A stretch of 64,000 bases of DNA from Vermamoeba vermiformis (GCA_045837725.1 JBEWZL010000048.1:186001-250000), one strand, 5' to 3'. Positions 1-14,300 are shown, counted from the stretch's first letter. The notes: a model not told the origin generated them from the letters alone. Numbers and translations: made by a program.

Positions 1-213
1 AATATTTACCACAAGATAAACAACCAAAACAACCACAATTAGACACTGTTATTAAGACTATTGAAAAAGGTAATTAATTCTTAACTGGATGCCGCATTAT
101 TTTTCGTCCTCACGACGTTGTAAAAATTAATTTTATCCTATAAATATTTAATACCCGCCATATTCACTCCAAATAAATTATTGATATATTTTCTAATGAT
201 TGTTTTTCCTGAA

Positions 214-680
214 CAGAATGCTTGCAATTTTTAAAAGAGCCTCGAACATCAGAAGATCGATATTCAAAGTTCGCTATTAAAGTTACTATGTTTGTGCAGA
301 CTACACTGGCTATTGACGCCACTCTCAGCAAAAAAGTAACGTAGATCAAGTGTATGTCCTTGCGTGTCTAACTACGGCTTTGTATTTAGGTTGTTTGCCT
401 GATATTCTCATTCTTATTAGACGAAATTCAAAAGCATTGGGCTAATTATAAGATTGCTGAGGCTGATGTCCACCCAGACCACGTACGGATCTAGATCTGT
501 CAATACCGTTCATTAAGACTAACGCTGTCATATCCGTAGCACCCTGAAAAGAAAGACGACGATGAAGAGGATGAAGATGAGGACGAAGACGAAGAAATGA
601 ATTATGAAATGAAAGACATGCCGCGCGAAGAATTTGAAGCTTGGCAAAAGGCATTCAACTATCTGAATGTGAATGTGTAA
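214..680 (+). CDS. 3' exons of an unknown protein with an acidic C-terminal tract (5' end not resolved, may lie outside the window)
   Basis: GT-AG splicing joins ECLQFLKEPRTSEDRYSKF..., VVCLIFSFLLDEIQKHWANY... and HPEKKDDDEEDEDEDEDEEMNY...NVNV; stop TAA at 678-680. Confidence 0.55.
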
Positions 681-797
681 TGACCTGTGCAGCACTGACG
701 GTGATTAAATACAACACTTAGACTACGATGAGTTATATATAACTATTGTTATTAATATCTACAGCAATGTAATATGTACACGTCATTCCAAAGCGTT

Positions 798-1512
798 TTA
801 CAGCTCTTGTTTCAAGCCTCCGCAGTGCTCGGGCAAGGGCACGCCAATGCGATTGTAATAGCCGGGCAAGGTGTATGCCGCGCCTATCGCACAGACACCA
901 ATCATCAGACCCAGTATCGCCACGAGGTTGATGATGCGGTCGAAGGCGCTGTGCTTGCCAGTGCGACCAGTGTGCGTGGAATAGGCCAAGAGCATGCCTA
1001 GCGAAATGATGAACAGACCACCGCCCTCACGACCCTCTTCAAACTCGAACATGCGCGACAAGCTGTGATTAGCGATGTTGTCGGAGGTAATGAAGAGGAA
1101 TACTGCAATGTACAAAGAACCAAGATTAGTTTCCTTATTTAGAAAAAGATACTGAATTTTGTAATATATTTTGATAATATCAACATAATAGTATTCGTAA
1201 CGCAACAGTAAATTTGGTGATTATGCAAGTTAATTTGGAATTGTTCGATTTTTTTCCAATTGGCAAAGTCAATTTACCTGAAGCCGAGAAGCACAGTAAG
1301 CCATAAATGCCGGAGATGACGGTGCTTATTTTTCCAAAAGCACGTGATATGACTAGCAGAGCGGCGAAGCAGTAGATCGCAATCCAAAATGCTGAATCTG
1401 GATCGTTCAATTGTAGCACTGCGGCGTACAAATAGAACACTCCTAGAACTACTAGGGACGCGCGCTTAACGAACATAGTCATACTGGTGTGGGTGCTTGG
1501 TTGTGGCTTCAT
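798..1512 (-). CDS. TMEM220-family small membrane protein (2 exons)
   Basis: LQLNDPDSAFWIAIY and FEEGREGGGL motifs with hydrophobic helices across ORFs 1180-1512 and 798-1205. Confidence 0.75.
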
Positions 1513-1742
1513 TTCTTCTGTTCAGAATTTGATTACTGAACAGCTGACAAGCGGGGCTAATAAATATTCCGTGAATGAAATCTCTGTGACTGCTCTTTAC
1601 TTGATCTTTTTCCTAAATCAGGCTTGGAGGATTGATCAATCTACACCTAGCTGTTGGCGAGCAACGAAGCGGCAATCCTGCGTGAGCGAACATTGTACAA
1701 ATCAATTTATTTTTCTATATTACAGGAGGGTATTCGATTGAT

Positions 1743-3376
1743 TTAAGAGAGGCTGAAGTAACTGCTGGTGTTCAGACCATCAATATGGTGATCATCTTGC
1801 GAGTCATTCACAAACACGCCGTCCAAGTCAAATCCAGTCTCAAAGTCCAATTCGTCGTGCGTTGTGTCGTGTTCTGTTTGAGGTTCAGCGGCTGGTGCTG
1901 GTTCAGGTTGCGGCATCACAGGTGTCACATTCACTTGCGGTGGCTGATGATGGCCATTGGTGGGTGTTGCAGTGTAACTCGTGTTGGTTTTGAGTTTGAT
2001 AGACGGATAAGTCGATGGTGCAGCAGGCATGGGATAGTTGTTGTCGTACACTGGCTTGGGCGGATAGTTCGACACAGGCAAGTTGACTGGATTGAACTTG
2101 GTTTCATTCAGCACCGGTGTCGTGTTGGCCATGATATTCGTGTTGCTCACTGGTCCTGACGCGTACACTGGCATCTTGCCGCGACGTGGCTCAGTGGCGA
2201 CAGGTGTGTGACTGACACTCGGCACAGGATGGCTGTTGACAGGTGTCATCTGATGAGGTCGCTTGCCAGCTGTTGCATTGGTAGTGCTGGGCACGGCAGG
2301 CACAGCAGGAACAGTCGGGATGAGCGGTGTAGCACCAGGGGGCAGTTGAGCGTTGGGCTGTGGCAGCAGAAATACACCTGGCGGCAGGATTGGTGGCAGT
2401 GTCTGTTCTGGCGGGGCCATGCGCGTCAATTCTTGCACGAGAATGGAACTGTTAATCTTCTCATCGTTGAGACTCTTAATGTGATGCAGCAAGAAAGTCG
2501 AGTGTTGCTTGACCTGATTGAAATCTATGCCCTGGTGATACAGCTGTCAGTTGGACACGTGTCACAAAGAGGTCTGCACAATTACGTACAAATTTGTTCA
2601 GCGGACCAGTGAGTGACAGACGAGGCTCGACAACAAGTGCGTCCAACATGTTCTGCACGAGCATGCATTTGCTGAAGTCACGTGATTAGTCACTGACACG
2701 CGTCAGATACTTGTAATGGGACTTACTCAAACAAGGCGCGGAAGAGCGGTTGATACTCGGGCACGGGGTCAATCAGCAAGTACCACGCAGCATCAGTGCG
2801 AACATATATCTTCGGCACCGTACCATCTTCTGCGGCACCAAACTCGACACTCCACAACACCAGATCTCCGCTGCGCAGCGACAGATGTGAATCTGGATGT
2901 TGTCGGATAGCTGCCATACGAGCTTCAGGCGTATTGAGTGGCTCGACTATATCATACAGCTCGGGGGTAATGAGTTCTCCGGTCAATACGAGTGGATTAA
3001 TGACCACTGGATAGCGCTGTAGATCTTCGATCGAGGCAACGGGAGTGTTGGGCATGTTTGGCGCGAAGATGTTGAAGCCCACAATATAACGATAGCAATA
3101 GAGCGAGGGGTCCACACCTAGGGGCCAGTCATTGTACTTGGCAGGCACTTGCGCTTCGGGCGTGACCGTTGAGGAATGTGAGGGCAGTTTGGGTGGGATC
3201 ACGCGTGGAGTTTGACGAGGACCAGCCTTCTTAGCACGTGTATTAATGCCTGATTTTTGCGGAATATTCGGCGCTGGTTCAGGGCCTGGTTGACGCAGTT
3301 GTTGGCGCAGCATCTTGATCTCGCGTTGCAGCTTAGAGATCTGATCTTTGACTCCTGCTTGGGCATTGGGGTCCAT
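1743..3376 (-). CDS. RFTS (DNMT1 replication-foci-targeting-like) domain protein with a Pro-rich tail and no methyltransferase domain (3 exons)
   Basis: WSVEFG...KIYVRTDAAWYLLIDPVPEYQPLF...KCMLVQNMLDAL...PRLSL resembles the RFTS consensus (WxIEFG...IRTDxAWYxLxxPxxxYxPxF). Confidence 0.6.
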
Positions 3377-3815
3377 GGCTGTTGTAATTATTTGATATGT
3401 TTTGATATATTCCTAAAAACAAACAATTTTAATATGTGTACAAAGTACTTGTGAGTGGTTTTTAGCCGGTAGATTGAGTGTCGAAGAGACAACAATCGAG
3501 AGAGTTTGAAACTTCGTAAAATAGACTTATTTATATTATAGATATTTTTGAACATTTAATAGTCCATTTAGAAATAAATACAGCCTGTAATAAGTGAATT
3601 TAATTTGGCGGTAAAAATGTTAATCGAGCTAATTCAAGCTTCAATAATTACATATAATATTATATTAACATTTTTTATACATACCAATAATAATGTGTTA
3701 TTTAGCAAATATTTAATTAATTAAGTGTATTTGATCAGCTGGTGAGATTGACACACGAGAGTGAGAGGCTGACAGAGCTGAGAGATATATAATAGAGCAA
3801 AACAACTGTTATTTC

Positions 3816-6800
3816 ATGAACAGCGTGCTCGTGTGTGACTCTTCAGTCGGGTATAATGTTTCAAATTTGAAGTTTACGATAATTTTGACGACGATTTTAT
3901 CAATTTTATTATCAACCTAAAAAATGGCTGTATTGCTCAGACATACCGCAGATTTCAGAAACACCCTTAGACTACTTTACCCACATTTGTTTTTTGTACA
4001 ATTGTCATTGTGCACGCTAGAGTTGAGGAGCCAAATAGTCAGGATACATTGAAGATGGAGAGCGAGAGCGACACATCTAGTGTGTCTGATAGCGGCTCTG
4101 AGAGTTACAATCAAATACCACCACCACCACCGCTACACCTTGAGGACGATAGTACCGTCGATATTGATGACCCTGAAGCAAATCTCCAACAGCAATTGCA
4201 ACTAGCTGCGGACAAAGAGAAATTAACAGCTATATTAAATCATGTATATGATATTGCTAAAATAGAAGATGATTCATGGGTGCTCGAAGATACTCAAGTT
4301 GCGGATTTGACGTGGAACGATATTAAAGAGGGGCGGGTCAAGCCTTCAGTAAACACTGGTCGTCGATGGAACCGCATAAGAACATCTTACGTGAGTGCAT
4401 TATAATATAGCTCGCTAACAGTCTTTATATCAATTTATCTGAATTTTTTCTATTTTTGAAATTGAATTCTACTGACCCAGACCCAATGCAGCCCATTGAA
4501 CACACGAGTACCGTCAAAGTAGTGCTAGAAAAATATAAAACCTCGGCCCGAAGGGTAAGCAATGCCCGACCAATATAAAAAAATTTGCAACTGCCGATCT
4601 ATTTTCAGTTGTATTAAACCATCTTGTATATTCAAGGGACTCAGCGAAGAGCAGCGCAAGAAACGATTAGCCTTATTTGGTGAGAATACAGACATGTCGG
4701 GCACTCTCTACAAGTGGACTAAGCCGCACGGATCCATCAAGCAACAAGTGCACGACAAACTCGAGGCCTATTGGGTGCTCATAGACGGCGAGTGGTTGAA
4801 GAGACCGAGGTACATACTGTCTCCTATTTAGTCGTATATACAGCTCCTGAGTGCTAATATTTTGTTAGCTTGTCGTTGGTACCAGGCGACATTGTGCTGG
4901 TGAGCGAAGGACAAGTCGTGCCTGCAGATCTGCGCATCATTCGAGCGTGGTCGTGTTGGCTCGAGAACGGACATGCCACTTGGACTACTGCGCGCTGGGC
5001 CTCGACTTCTAATGACGGCAACACGAACTGGCTCAACTCGCCGAACATGGGCTATCAAAAGATGTGGGTCAACAGTCGGGGCTATTTGATCGGCGTCGTG
5101 ATTGCTACTGGCGAGACGACTGTCGCCAACACGCAGTATTATTATCACTACCCTGTCAAGGTGTGTAACTTGCTGTCTTCAACTCGTCATCCTAAAATTT
5201 CCTTTTTTAGTACGCAGTGGATCCAGAGGCCAAGATGTTCCTAAAGCTAGCGGGAGGCATGAATATATATATGAGAGATCTCTTGAGCTTGACGAGACTG
5301 CGGGGCTTGCAATATTTGTTCATGAACTTTGACATTTTATTGCACCACAAAAAATCCAATGTCGGTATGTATTAGCAACACTATTAGCACAATTTTACAA
5401 ACTGATTTGTATTACTGCCAGCATCTGTATTCTATAACAATAAGATCTATCAGCCTGAAGAGATTGATGCCGCAGATCTGAGTTTCATTCAATTGCATCG
5501 CGTTGCTTCGTTGGTCAATTCAGCGCATATTCACGGTACGCATCTTATTAAAGGTGTGATTATTCTAATTATTACCAAATTAGGCAATAAAGCCATCGGA
5601 ACTAACGGTTTCGATCGAGTAATCGCACTATTTTTAGAACGTTATGGCTCAGTTTCCAAAGTAAGGCCGAATATTGTAATACTGTATTCAATTGCAATTG
5701 TTAACCCCTTTTAATGAAGTGACGCAAGACGCACGAACGATATTCAGATGCTTCATCGCACGCGTTTGGTGTGTATTTAGAGGAGGGCGAGGACAAGAAT
5801 GAGAACGGCACTTCCAACGAGAACAACAACAGCAATAACAACAACAACAACAATAATAACAACAATAATCTGGTTGCCATAGCACCGTCCATTCGTTTGA
5901 GAAAGAAGAAAGCACCCAACACTGTGAATGTGGAAGGTAAATTCGGAGCACGCATCACCGTGCAAATGGACGATGCGTACACCATCATCAGCGATCAAAC
6001 TGTGCAGTACTGGATCAACAATGGCGTTATCGAAGAGCTCGATAATGGCACTCGTCAGTTCGTGCAAGATATGATCAAAGTGCTCGCTGAGCGCAAGTAC
6101 ATTATGATTGGCTACTCGATCAGATTGACCGAGCTCAGTCGCAATGTGTTTGTGGGATTCATTGCCCTGGACGTCCCTTTCAAGCCCCCAGCAGTGAAGC
6201 AGAGCATTGAACTGATGCGCGACATTGGCTACAAACAGGTCTACTTCTGTCGCTACAACTTGTACTCCATCAGGGCATTCATGGAAGCGCTGTCATTCGA
6301 GTGCGTCAAATACGATCCGTCTGACTCGGAGCACTGGCCACTCATTGGCCCTGGTCGAGCACCCGTGGTGAATGACTGGGATCAATTTGGCATGCCCATG
6401 TGGGATGGGAACAACAACAACAACAACAACGAGGACCAGCCTCCTGACGGTGATCCTCCGCGTCCACCGACCGACGAGAGCAAGAGCGAGGAGGTGAAGA
6501 AGATGTTGGCGAGCAAAGTGGTGCTGTTCGACGGAGATCTCGAATACAACCAGGCCAACAAACTGTTCTCGTCGAGTATTCTGTGCACGACCATCAATCA
6601 GCGCAATTTTCATCACCTCACCACGTCATTCACCACACTCAACACACTGGTAAGTTAGTCCATTAACAAGCACAATGCAGCTCTAATACCTCACTAGCGC
6701 CGACCATTCATCACCATTGGCTGCAATCTCGCTGACAGTCACATCCTGTCCGCATCCGCGTGCAAAATGTTCTTCTCGCGCATGTTGGGCCTGTGCTATT

Positions 6801-7001
6801 ACTACGCAACATCAGAGCTGGTGTGCATCAGTCAACGCGTGAGTGATCTAGCTCGATTTATGGAAGAGTGTAAGTGCATTGAACTGCTGCAAAAGATCTT
6901 TATTAATCACGGTGCTTTCCTTTTCAGTGAAAAAGAAGGACCAATATTTGCAGACTCATCCCAATGCAGTCGCGTACCGAGACAACTGCACCATCAGCTA
7001 G
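3816..7001 (+). CDS. P-type ATPase-derived soluble protein (N-terminal, A-, N- and P-domain remnants) with no TM helices and a C-terminal CaaX (CTIS); start uncertain (3816 or 4055)
   Basis: GLSEEQRKKRLALFGEN, LVPGDIVLVSEGQVVPADLRII, GVVIATGETT, FVGFIALDVP...VKQSIELMRDIG, ITIGCNLADSHIL; multiple GT-AG introns; stop TAG at 6999-7001. Confidence 0.7.
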
Positions 7002-7068
7002 ATCGAGCGATCAACAGCTGTCATGTTCATATTGTCGATAAATATCTGCATTATTATAATGACACGTG

Positions 7069-8188
7069 TCACTCTTCGTACAGCCACTTGTCGATGCACC
7101 GCACAATCAGCAGTTCGTGACGCATCATCTGCGCACCGAGCGATTGTTCACCGCGCAGATAGTGCAGTATCGCCGCACAGTCCTCAGCACTCAACTCATC
7201 CAACAGTGCGCGTGTCGTGTGGTACAGTGTCGACTCTGAGGCTGCGAATGAAAAGCAGTTAGCATGATCCGTACACGTGCCGAGTGAGCCTTTGAGCTGT
7301 CCAAAGTACTGCAGCACCACGCGGTAGTTGTAGTGCGCATCAGTGACGTTCTGCTGCTTCAACCAGGCCAAGCTCGGTGCGGTGAGTTCAAACACTGAGC
7401 GCGCAGTCTTCCAGCCTGAGATGCACGACACTTGCGTCAGCAGCAACTGGAGCACGAGCACTGGATCTGAGCGGTGTTAGTATCAGTGCCGCGGTGCTGA
7501 GGGGTGCTTACAGTTGGTGTTGTACCAGTTCTTGATACGGTCAACAATGTCGCGCCACGGAGCAACGAGCGCTCGAATTTCTTGTAGATCTGTCGCGGTG
7601 GTCAACTGCGCGCAATTAGAATTGTACATAGTGAGCATCAGGCTGCTATAGTTACTTGATAATACGGCGAAGATGCTTCGAACAACATCTTCTTCAACTT
7701 GATCAGCACGCCAAGCCAGTACCGCGCCTTTTCAACGGTGAAAGTCGGCGTTAAGTATTCTACGGAAGTGCTCTTAAAGAACTTCATCATCGAGTTGAGC
7801 AGCGTGCTATTGATATTAATGTTGCTGATTTTGATGCACTCGACGATCGTATCATTGATGGGCATGAATACTGACTCGACGAGTTCTAATTGCAGGTACA
7901 AATAGCGCGCCACGGCGTGATTTGAGATTAATGTGGTCGTATTAGTAGGTTTGGCAGTGGCAAAGGCATTGAGTTGTTTGAATAAGCTACTCTCGCGCAG
8001 CCAATAGGTAGCGATTGGATTCACCAAGCCGTTGATTAACGGTTCAATTTCCCTAGTTTCATGATTAATATATAAATAAGCAGTCCGATCGATGTACGAT
8101 TATAAATAAATGGTGAATTACTGCAGTGGTTCAGTGTGGTTGCTTACACGATGAAATTATTGCGGTCTTTATTGTCATACGCATTCAT
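7069..8188 (-). CDS. Hypothetical helical protein (4 exons)
   Basis: ORFs 7638-8027 and 7069-7461 plus short exons join in frame through GT-AG introns; likely start MNAYDNKDRNNF. Confidence 0.55.
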
Positions 8189-8393
8189 TGATTCGAACTA
8201 GTAGCCGGGGGGGGTATGTCAACACCATAAGGTCTTATTCATTGCGTTATGCAGCTCAATTGATGTTTTCGTTTTGAGTTGGTTGAATATTAATGAACAA
8301 ACATTGTCTGGCGTAAATTAATCAGGGACCGCCAAATAATGTTGTCTGGTTGACAGTGTTATTCATCCACACATTTATATATAGACACCACTA

Positions 8394-11300
8394 ATGGATG
8401 AAGAAGAGCTCTTGCGTCAGATGCTGCTACAGAGCATGCAAGCAGCGGGTACAAGTGACAATCAAGAGAGCTCCATCCAGACTGCGAATACGACCACTAA
8501 TACTACTGCTGCGAGTGGTGATGTGATAGAGAGTGGTGCGCGCGAAGAGGGTGAAATCAGCGATGAAGAAGGTGCTGTCACACCTGAAGAAGAGCCACAT
8601 TCAGCTGAGGACCAGCCCAAAGACGCAAATACTAATGAAAATAATACTAACACGCGCGACAATAATTATATATCGATTGATAGTGATGAGGATGATTATT
8701 CGAGGGCTTTAAAAAATTATGAAAAAAAATTAGATCCCGAATCTGACACCAAGGACGATGAACGGCGAGGAGGTAGACGAAGCAGTGCAGATGATTGGTC
8801 ACCTAAAGCTAGACGACAATTTAACGGCCCCAATGATCGGCGCAGAGAGAGAACTCGCAGATCTGACAGGTACGTGGTGGATCCAAACCATTTATTGTTG
8901 TAGTACCTCATACTAACAACAATCTAAATATAGAGGCAGACGTAACTACAGAGATGGGGGCTATTACGACGACAGGCCGCAGAATCCCGCACCAAATCCA
9001 GCCATCAATCCTGCATTTTTGCTGCAATCACTCGTCAATTTCATCGGCAATGCACGACCCCTGCCACCGCTGTCACAACCACCTGGCACTGTGCCACCCA
9101 TGCCCGCCCCGCACCTGCCACCCTACCCACACCCTGCTGAGCCCTATGGTGCTGGTGACATGGAGGTCGATCCACCCAGTGCTAATTATAGCGCGCAGTC
9201 AATGCCGTTCACTGCTCCTATAAATAGCGCGCAATATCCGCCACCATATCCTCCACCAGGGCCTTATTACAACAACTACGAACCGTCGTACAACAATTTT
9301 CACGCGAACACTGTGCCAGCACGCACCGCGATGACACCTGTCACTCAGCCACCTCCACGACCTGTCACTGCTGTCACGTCACCGCAGAAAGCGACTCCAA
9401 CTCAAGCTGTGACAGCACCGAGTGTGACACCTGTCACTAATGAAGTGTCAAACCAGCACGAGGACGAAGATCGATTGGTGATTGATCTCGGAGAATTGGA
9501 CGAGAGTTCGGAGGACAGCTCCGCTTCCGATCGATCAGCCCACCAGGCAGACACGCCAGACTGGATGCTGAACATCTCGCGCATCAAACAACAGCTCGCC
9601 GAGAAAGAGAAGCGCCGCGCTAAAAATAGCACCAAATCTGTCAGTGCTGCAAATAGTACTGCCACAGCGACCACAACAGCACCGAGTGACGACAAGACTG
9701 CAAATGACAAGCCAGCCCTGGTAGACAAAGAACAGCTGCAAACCAAAGCCCTGGCCGAGAAAGAGCAGCGCATTCAACGGCTCAAAGATGAAATTGCGCG
9801 CCGTGAACGCGAACTGCAAAGCAAGAAACAGGCCAGCAAGGACGAGACACGCGCTGAGAATTCAGTGAACGAGAGTGACGGACAAGCAGAGTCACGTGAT
9901 CAGCAGCCAATCAGCAACAAGCAAGACAAACGACCGCGCAGTCAGTCAGATCCGCACCAACTCGATGAACTGCGTGCTGCGAAACGAGCGCGCGTGACCA
10001 GTGATGACAGCACTCGTACTGGCAACACTAATAATAATAACACTAATAATAACACTCATAATAATACTACTAGTAATAACAACACTAGCAGTACTCAGAG
10101 CTCTCAACACAATGCCATACCGACCAACAATAACACCCTCAGCCCCGCACTCAGCACTGCAGTACCAAACACTGCATCTAAAAATAGCTCTCAATCACGT
10201 GTCATGACCATGGAGGATCGAGCACGTGTACTGCGTGAGAAGACAGCGGAAGAACACGCGATAATCTCCGCGCGAGATCAGCGGAACAAATTGAGTGCCG
10301 AACTGACCACCACGCAGCACGATGTACTGCGATCACGTGCTCAATTGAGTACTGCTGAGCGGAACATTCTATTTTTGGAAGAGAAACTCCGCATTGCTCG
10401 TGAAGAGCGCGAGAAATTACTCCAAATTAGGAAAGATCAGGAGAGCAAGTGCCACGTGCTCGAAGAACAGATGCGGGAGATTGATCGAGATATGGAGCGG
10501 AGATTGCACGTGATTGCGGAACATGATCACGTGCTGCAAGTGAATGATTTGCAACTAGAATTGGACCAATCAGAGCACAGCGCTGTCACCGCCAGTCCTG
10601 ACACCACTGTCACGCCACCTTCCAATTTAGGCAATACAGACGTACCTATCATTGCAAAGCCCTCAGCGACGCCACCTGTCAAACCAACATTGCCTAATAA
10701 GGAAATCGAAATCATTGACGTCGATGATGTCCCTACGCCACCAGTTTCCAAATCAAGCAAGTCCCCCGCAGTGCCAGGTGCCACACTCGATGAAACAGCG
10801 CTGCGTCAACAAGCCCTGCACGCGCTCCAATCACCGCACACGTCCAAGGCTGAGCGACGCCGTGCTCGGAGGAAGTTGCGACAGCTCGCTAACAGTGGTG
10901 GCAGTACTGCGACACCTGTCACTGTGACACCTGCACCAGTGGCTGAATCAGGGAGGCCTAGTGACGCCCCATTCATGAACGAGACAGATCAGCACATTGT
11001 CAGCAAAGTGCGTGCCTTGAAAGCAGCGGTGACGAGCGATGCAGTGCTGGTGCACGACTGGCCCAGCGACAGCGCAGAGTGGCACGAGCTTGCCCTGCAC
11101 CGCACTGTCACACTCACTGGACTCGACGATCACGTGATTGTGGATGTCACGGCAGATATTCCGCACATTCCCACGACTGAGACCGAGGGCGCTAACTACA
11201 GTGCCGTGCTGCACTCGCTGGACAGCACCGACGAGACTGATCTGCGCGTGTCTGCCACACAGCTCGCCGTGCCGTACGAGTCACCGCTCAGCGTGTTCAG

Positions 11301-14300
11301 CTCGTACAGACTCACGCCACACTGCTCGCCTCAACAGCGCACTGCAATCACGTGGAGCAACAAGATCAATCCGCACGTAATGTTCTGCAAATATGATCTG
11401 CACGGCACCTGCAATGACGACGAGTGTCACGCACAACACGTGCGCGATGTGCAGCTGAGTGGCGAGGAATTGCTGCGCGATCTTGCAAGCTACATTGAAG
11501 ACCCGAACAAGTCACGTGCTGAGAACGAGAGTGCCATCACTGCGCTGCTGAAACAAGTGCGCGGCACGATACTGAGCGAGCGAGTGGACTCTGTGATCCG
11601 ATTGGTCAATCAACTGCTGCAGGCACGTGATCCAGCACACCGCGGCATTGTGTTCACACCGCGGCACCGAACACTGACGCGCAAGACTGTGCCGCAACAA
11701 GCACCGACGAGGCGTGACAAGCGCGCAGTGAAGAGTGGCACTGTGCCACGCGATGTGCCGCACGAGGACGAGGAGGATGTGCTGGTGGTGGAAGAGCTGC
11801 AGGACGATGAACAGCCCGTGCTGCACTTGTTGGACAGCGAGCACGCACAGCTGATGCACACTGCCGCACACGAGCGCTACTTCCACGCGCACCTCTCCAA
11901 CCACCAAGTCGAGCAGTTGCTGACCGAACAGCCGCACAACATAGCGCTGTGGCTGCAGTACAGTGCCACTCAACTGCACGAGCACGTGCCACACTCGCTC
12001 ACTGCACCGCTGCTCTGGGACGAGCACGGACACTGGTTCGATGCCACAAATCTCGTGCGCGAGCTCAGTCCTGACAGCAGTGCCACCAGCCAGTCCGAGA
12101 TCAGTGTGGATGCTGCACTCCACGTGCTGTCACGTGCACTGGAGCACAATCGGCGCAGTGTGGTGCTGTGGTATTACTATTTGCGGCTGTACATCCCACG
12201 TGCACCATCACGTGAGGAGTTGATCCGCACCATCGACCAGGGCCTGTCATTCACCGCAGAGAACACTGACAACACGAACTGGACGCTGTGGTGCTTGTAA
12301 GTCAATGCCCATATTAGGCAATCACACTGACACGTGTCATCGCAGGTACATTGATGCGCATGTCTCGCTGCAGGACAAGATCAGTGCCACCGAGCGTGCT
12401 GTCACACAGCTGTCACGTGACAAGAGTCCCGAATTAGCTGCACGCACTTCAATCCTCGCTCTGCTGCTCGTGCTGCAGTCCATTCAGCTGCAAATATCTC
12501 TCGGATATCTCCCGCAAGCACGTGACAGATTGCGCAGCTACATCTACCACGTGACTGATGATGGCAAACTGTCACTGCGTCGTTTATTGCAGCCCCGCGA
12601 CTTGGAGCTGGCAGTGCTGTCGTACATGCACGTGCTGCTGTTCGATCACGTGCCCAATCTGACCAATCACGTGCTCAGCGCTGAACTGTTCGTCATCACG
12701 TGGGACAAAGCACGTGACAAGCCAGCACAGTCGCAGCTGACGCGACTGTTCAAAGAAGTGCTGGAATTCCCAGAGCTGCAGTCACGTGATCAGCCTCCCC
12801 TCGCGCTGATGGTCAATCACGTGCTGTACGCATTGCCTAATTTGGACACAGCGGAGCTCGCAGTGCAAGAATATCTCAAAGTATATCCGCAACAGTCCGC
12901 GCTGTGGAGTGTGTATGCCCTGGTCGAGAGTGCGCACCACAAGCACGATACTGTCGCGCTCATTCATGAACACGCCCTGGTGGCACACCCACGTGACTGG
13001 CAGCTGTGGTTTCACCGCACCATGCACGTGATGTCACGTGACGCGCTCGATGCAGTGTTGCAATGCTTGGCCGATGCAGTGATCGGATTGGCCCCCGCAC
13101 CCCTGGTACGCACCGCTGTTTGACACGTGTCACACTAACTTTGCGACAGAATCAGATGAAAGTGACAGCCACTGACAAGCAGAGCATTGCTGTCATTCGC
13201 TCGCTGTTCGTGACAGCACTGCAAATGACACGTGACACGGCGGAACATTTCACAGCATTCACTGGCACACTGAGTGACACCACGCCGCATGATGGCAATG
13301 TCTATTTATGGCTATTGTTCGCGCTGTTCGAAATGATCACTGGCAGTGACGAGCACGTGATGCACGTGATCAACCAGGGCACTGCGCGACTCACTGACCC
13401 GCAGCACCGCAACAAGCTGTGGTTGTTGTAAGTCACTGTTTGACACCTGTCATATGACACAAACACTAATATCTTTGCAGCTATTTTACGTGGCGCAGCA
13501 TGCACGTGCCATCAGCGGAACAATTGTTGACAGCAGTGCAGAGCTTTGTTGCCTGTCAAGTACGCACCGTTCATGAACTGACCACGTGGCATCGTCTCGA
13601 ACTCGCGCGTGATGTGTCCGCGAGTGATGTGCAGCACATGCACGTGCCAGTACACGTGGAGTACAGTGCGGTGAATCACGTGATTGCCACCACATTGCGA
13701 CACGTGTCCTCGCCACAACAGCGCATGCTATTTTTAGAACAGAGCGCGGCCCAGCTGGCGCACAACACGTACCTGACACGTGCCCTGACACGTGCGCAGT
13801 GGCAAAGTGCACTCTACAACCGCGCCAAGGGCTCGCTGCTGCTGGCACTGGTGCGCGATCCTGCGGACTTGGATCTGTGGCTCGAGTACTTATATTTACA
13901 TTTATCTATTATTTACCTATCATTTACATTTATCTATTATTTACGTTTAGCTATATTTTATCTCATTTACATTTATTACAGTAACTTTCGAGTACATTAT
14001 CAACATATATCCCTTCATATTACCGAGCACTACTAACACCTCTCCAGTCTCGCGCACATCGCCATGCTCCAGTCACGTGCCTACGATGCCAGTCACGTGC
14101 TCCTCAGTGCAGTACGCGCCGTGTCCTCAGTGCGGCTAGTTGCCACCGCGCTGGCACTGCTGTCACTCACGCGCACCACTGACCTCGCTGAGCACGTGCT
14201 CAATCTGCTCGCACATCTCCGCGCACGTGGCTACAATGTGAAGCTATTCGAAGACAAGATATTCCGCAAATCTGCTTTTGCCCTGGTAAGTCACTTGCCT

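Noticed and set aside
5820-5870. (AAC/AAT)n microsatellites, also near 6410, 10020 and 47480
   Set aside because: In-frame poly-Asn tracts, which are common low-complexity sequence in protist proteins.
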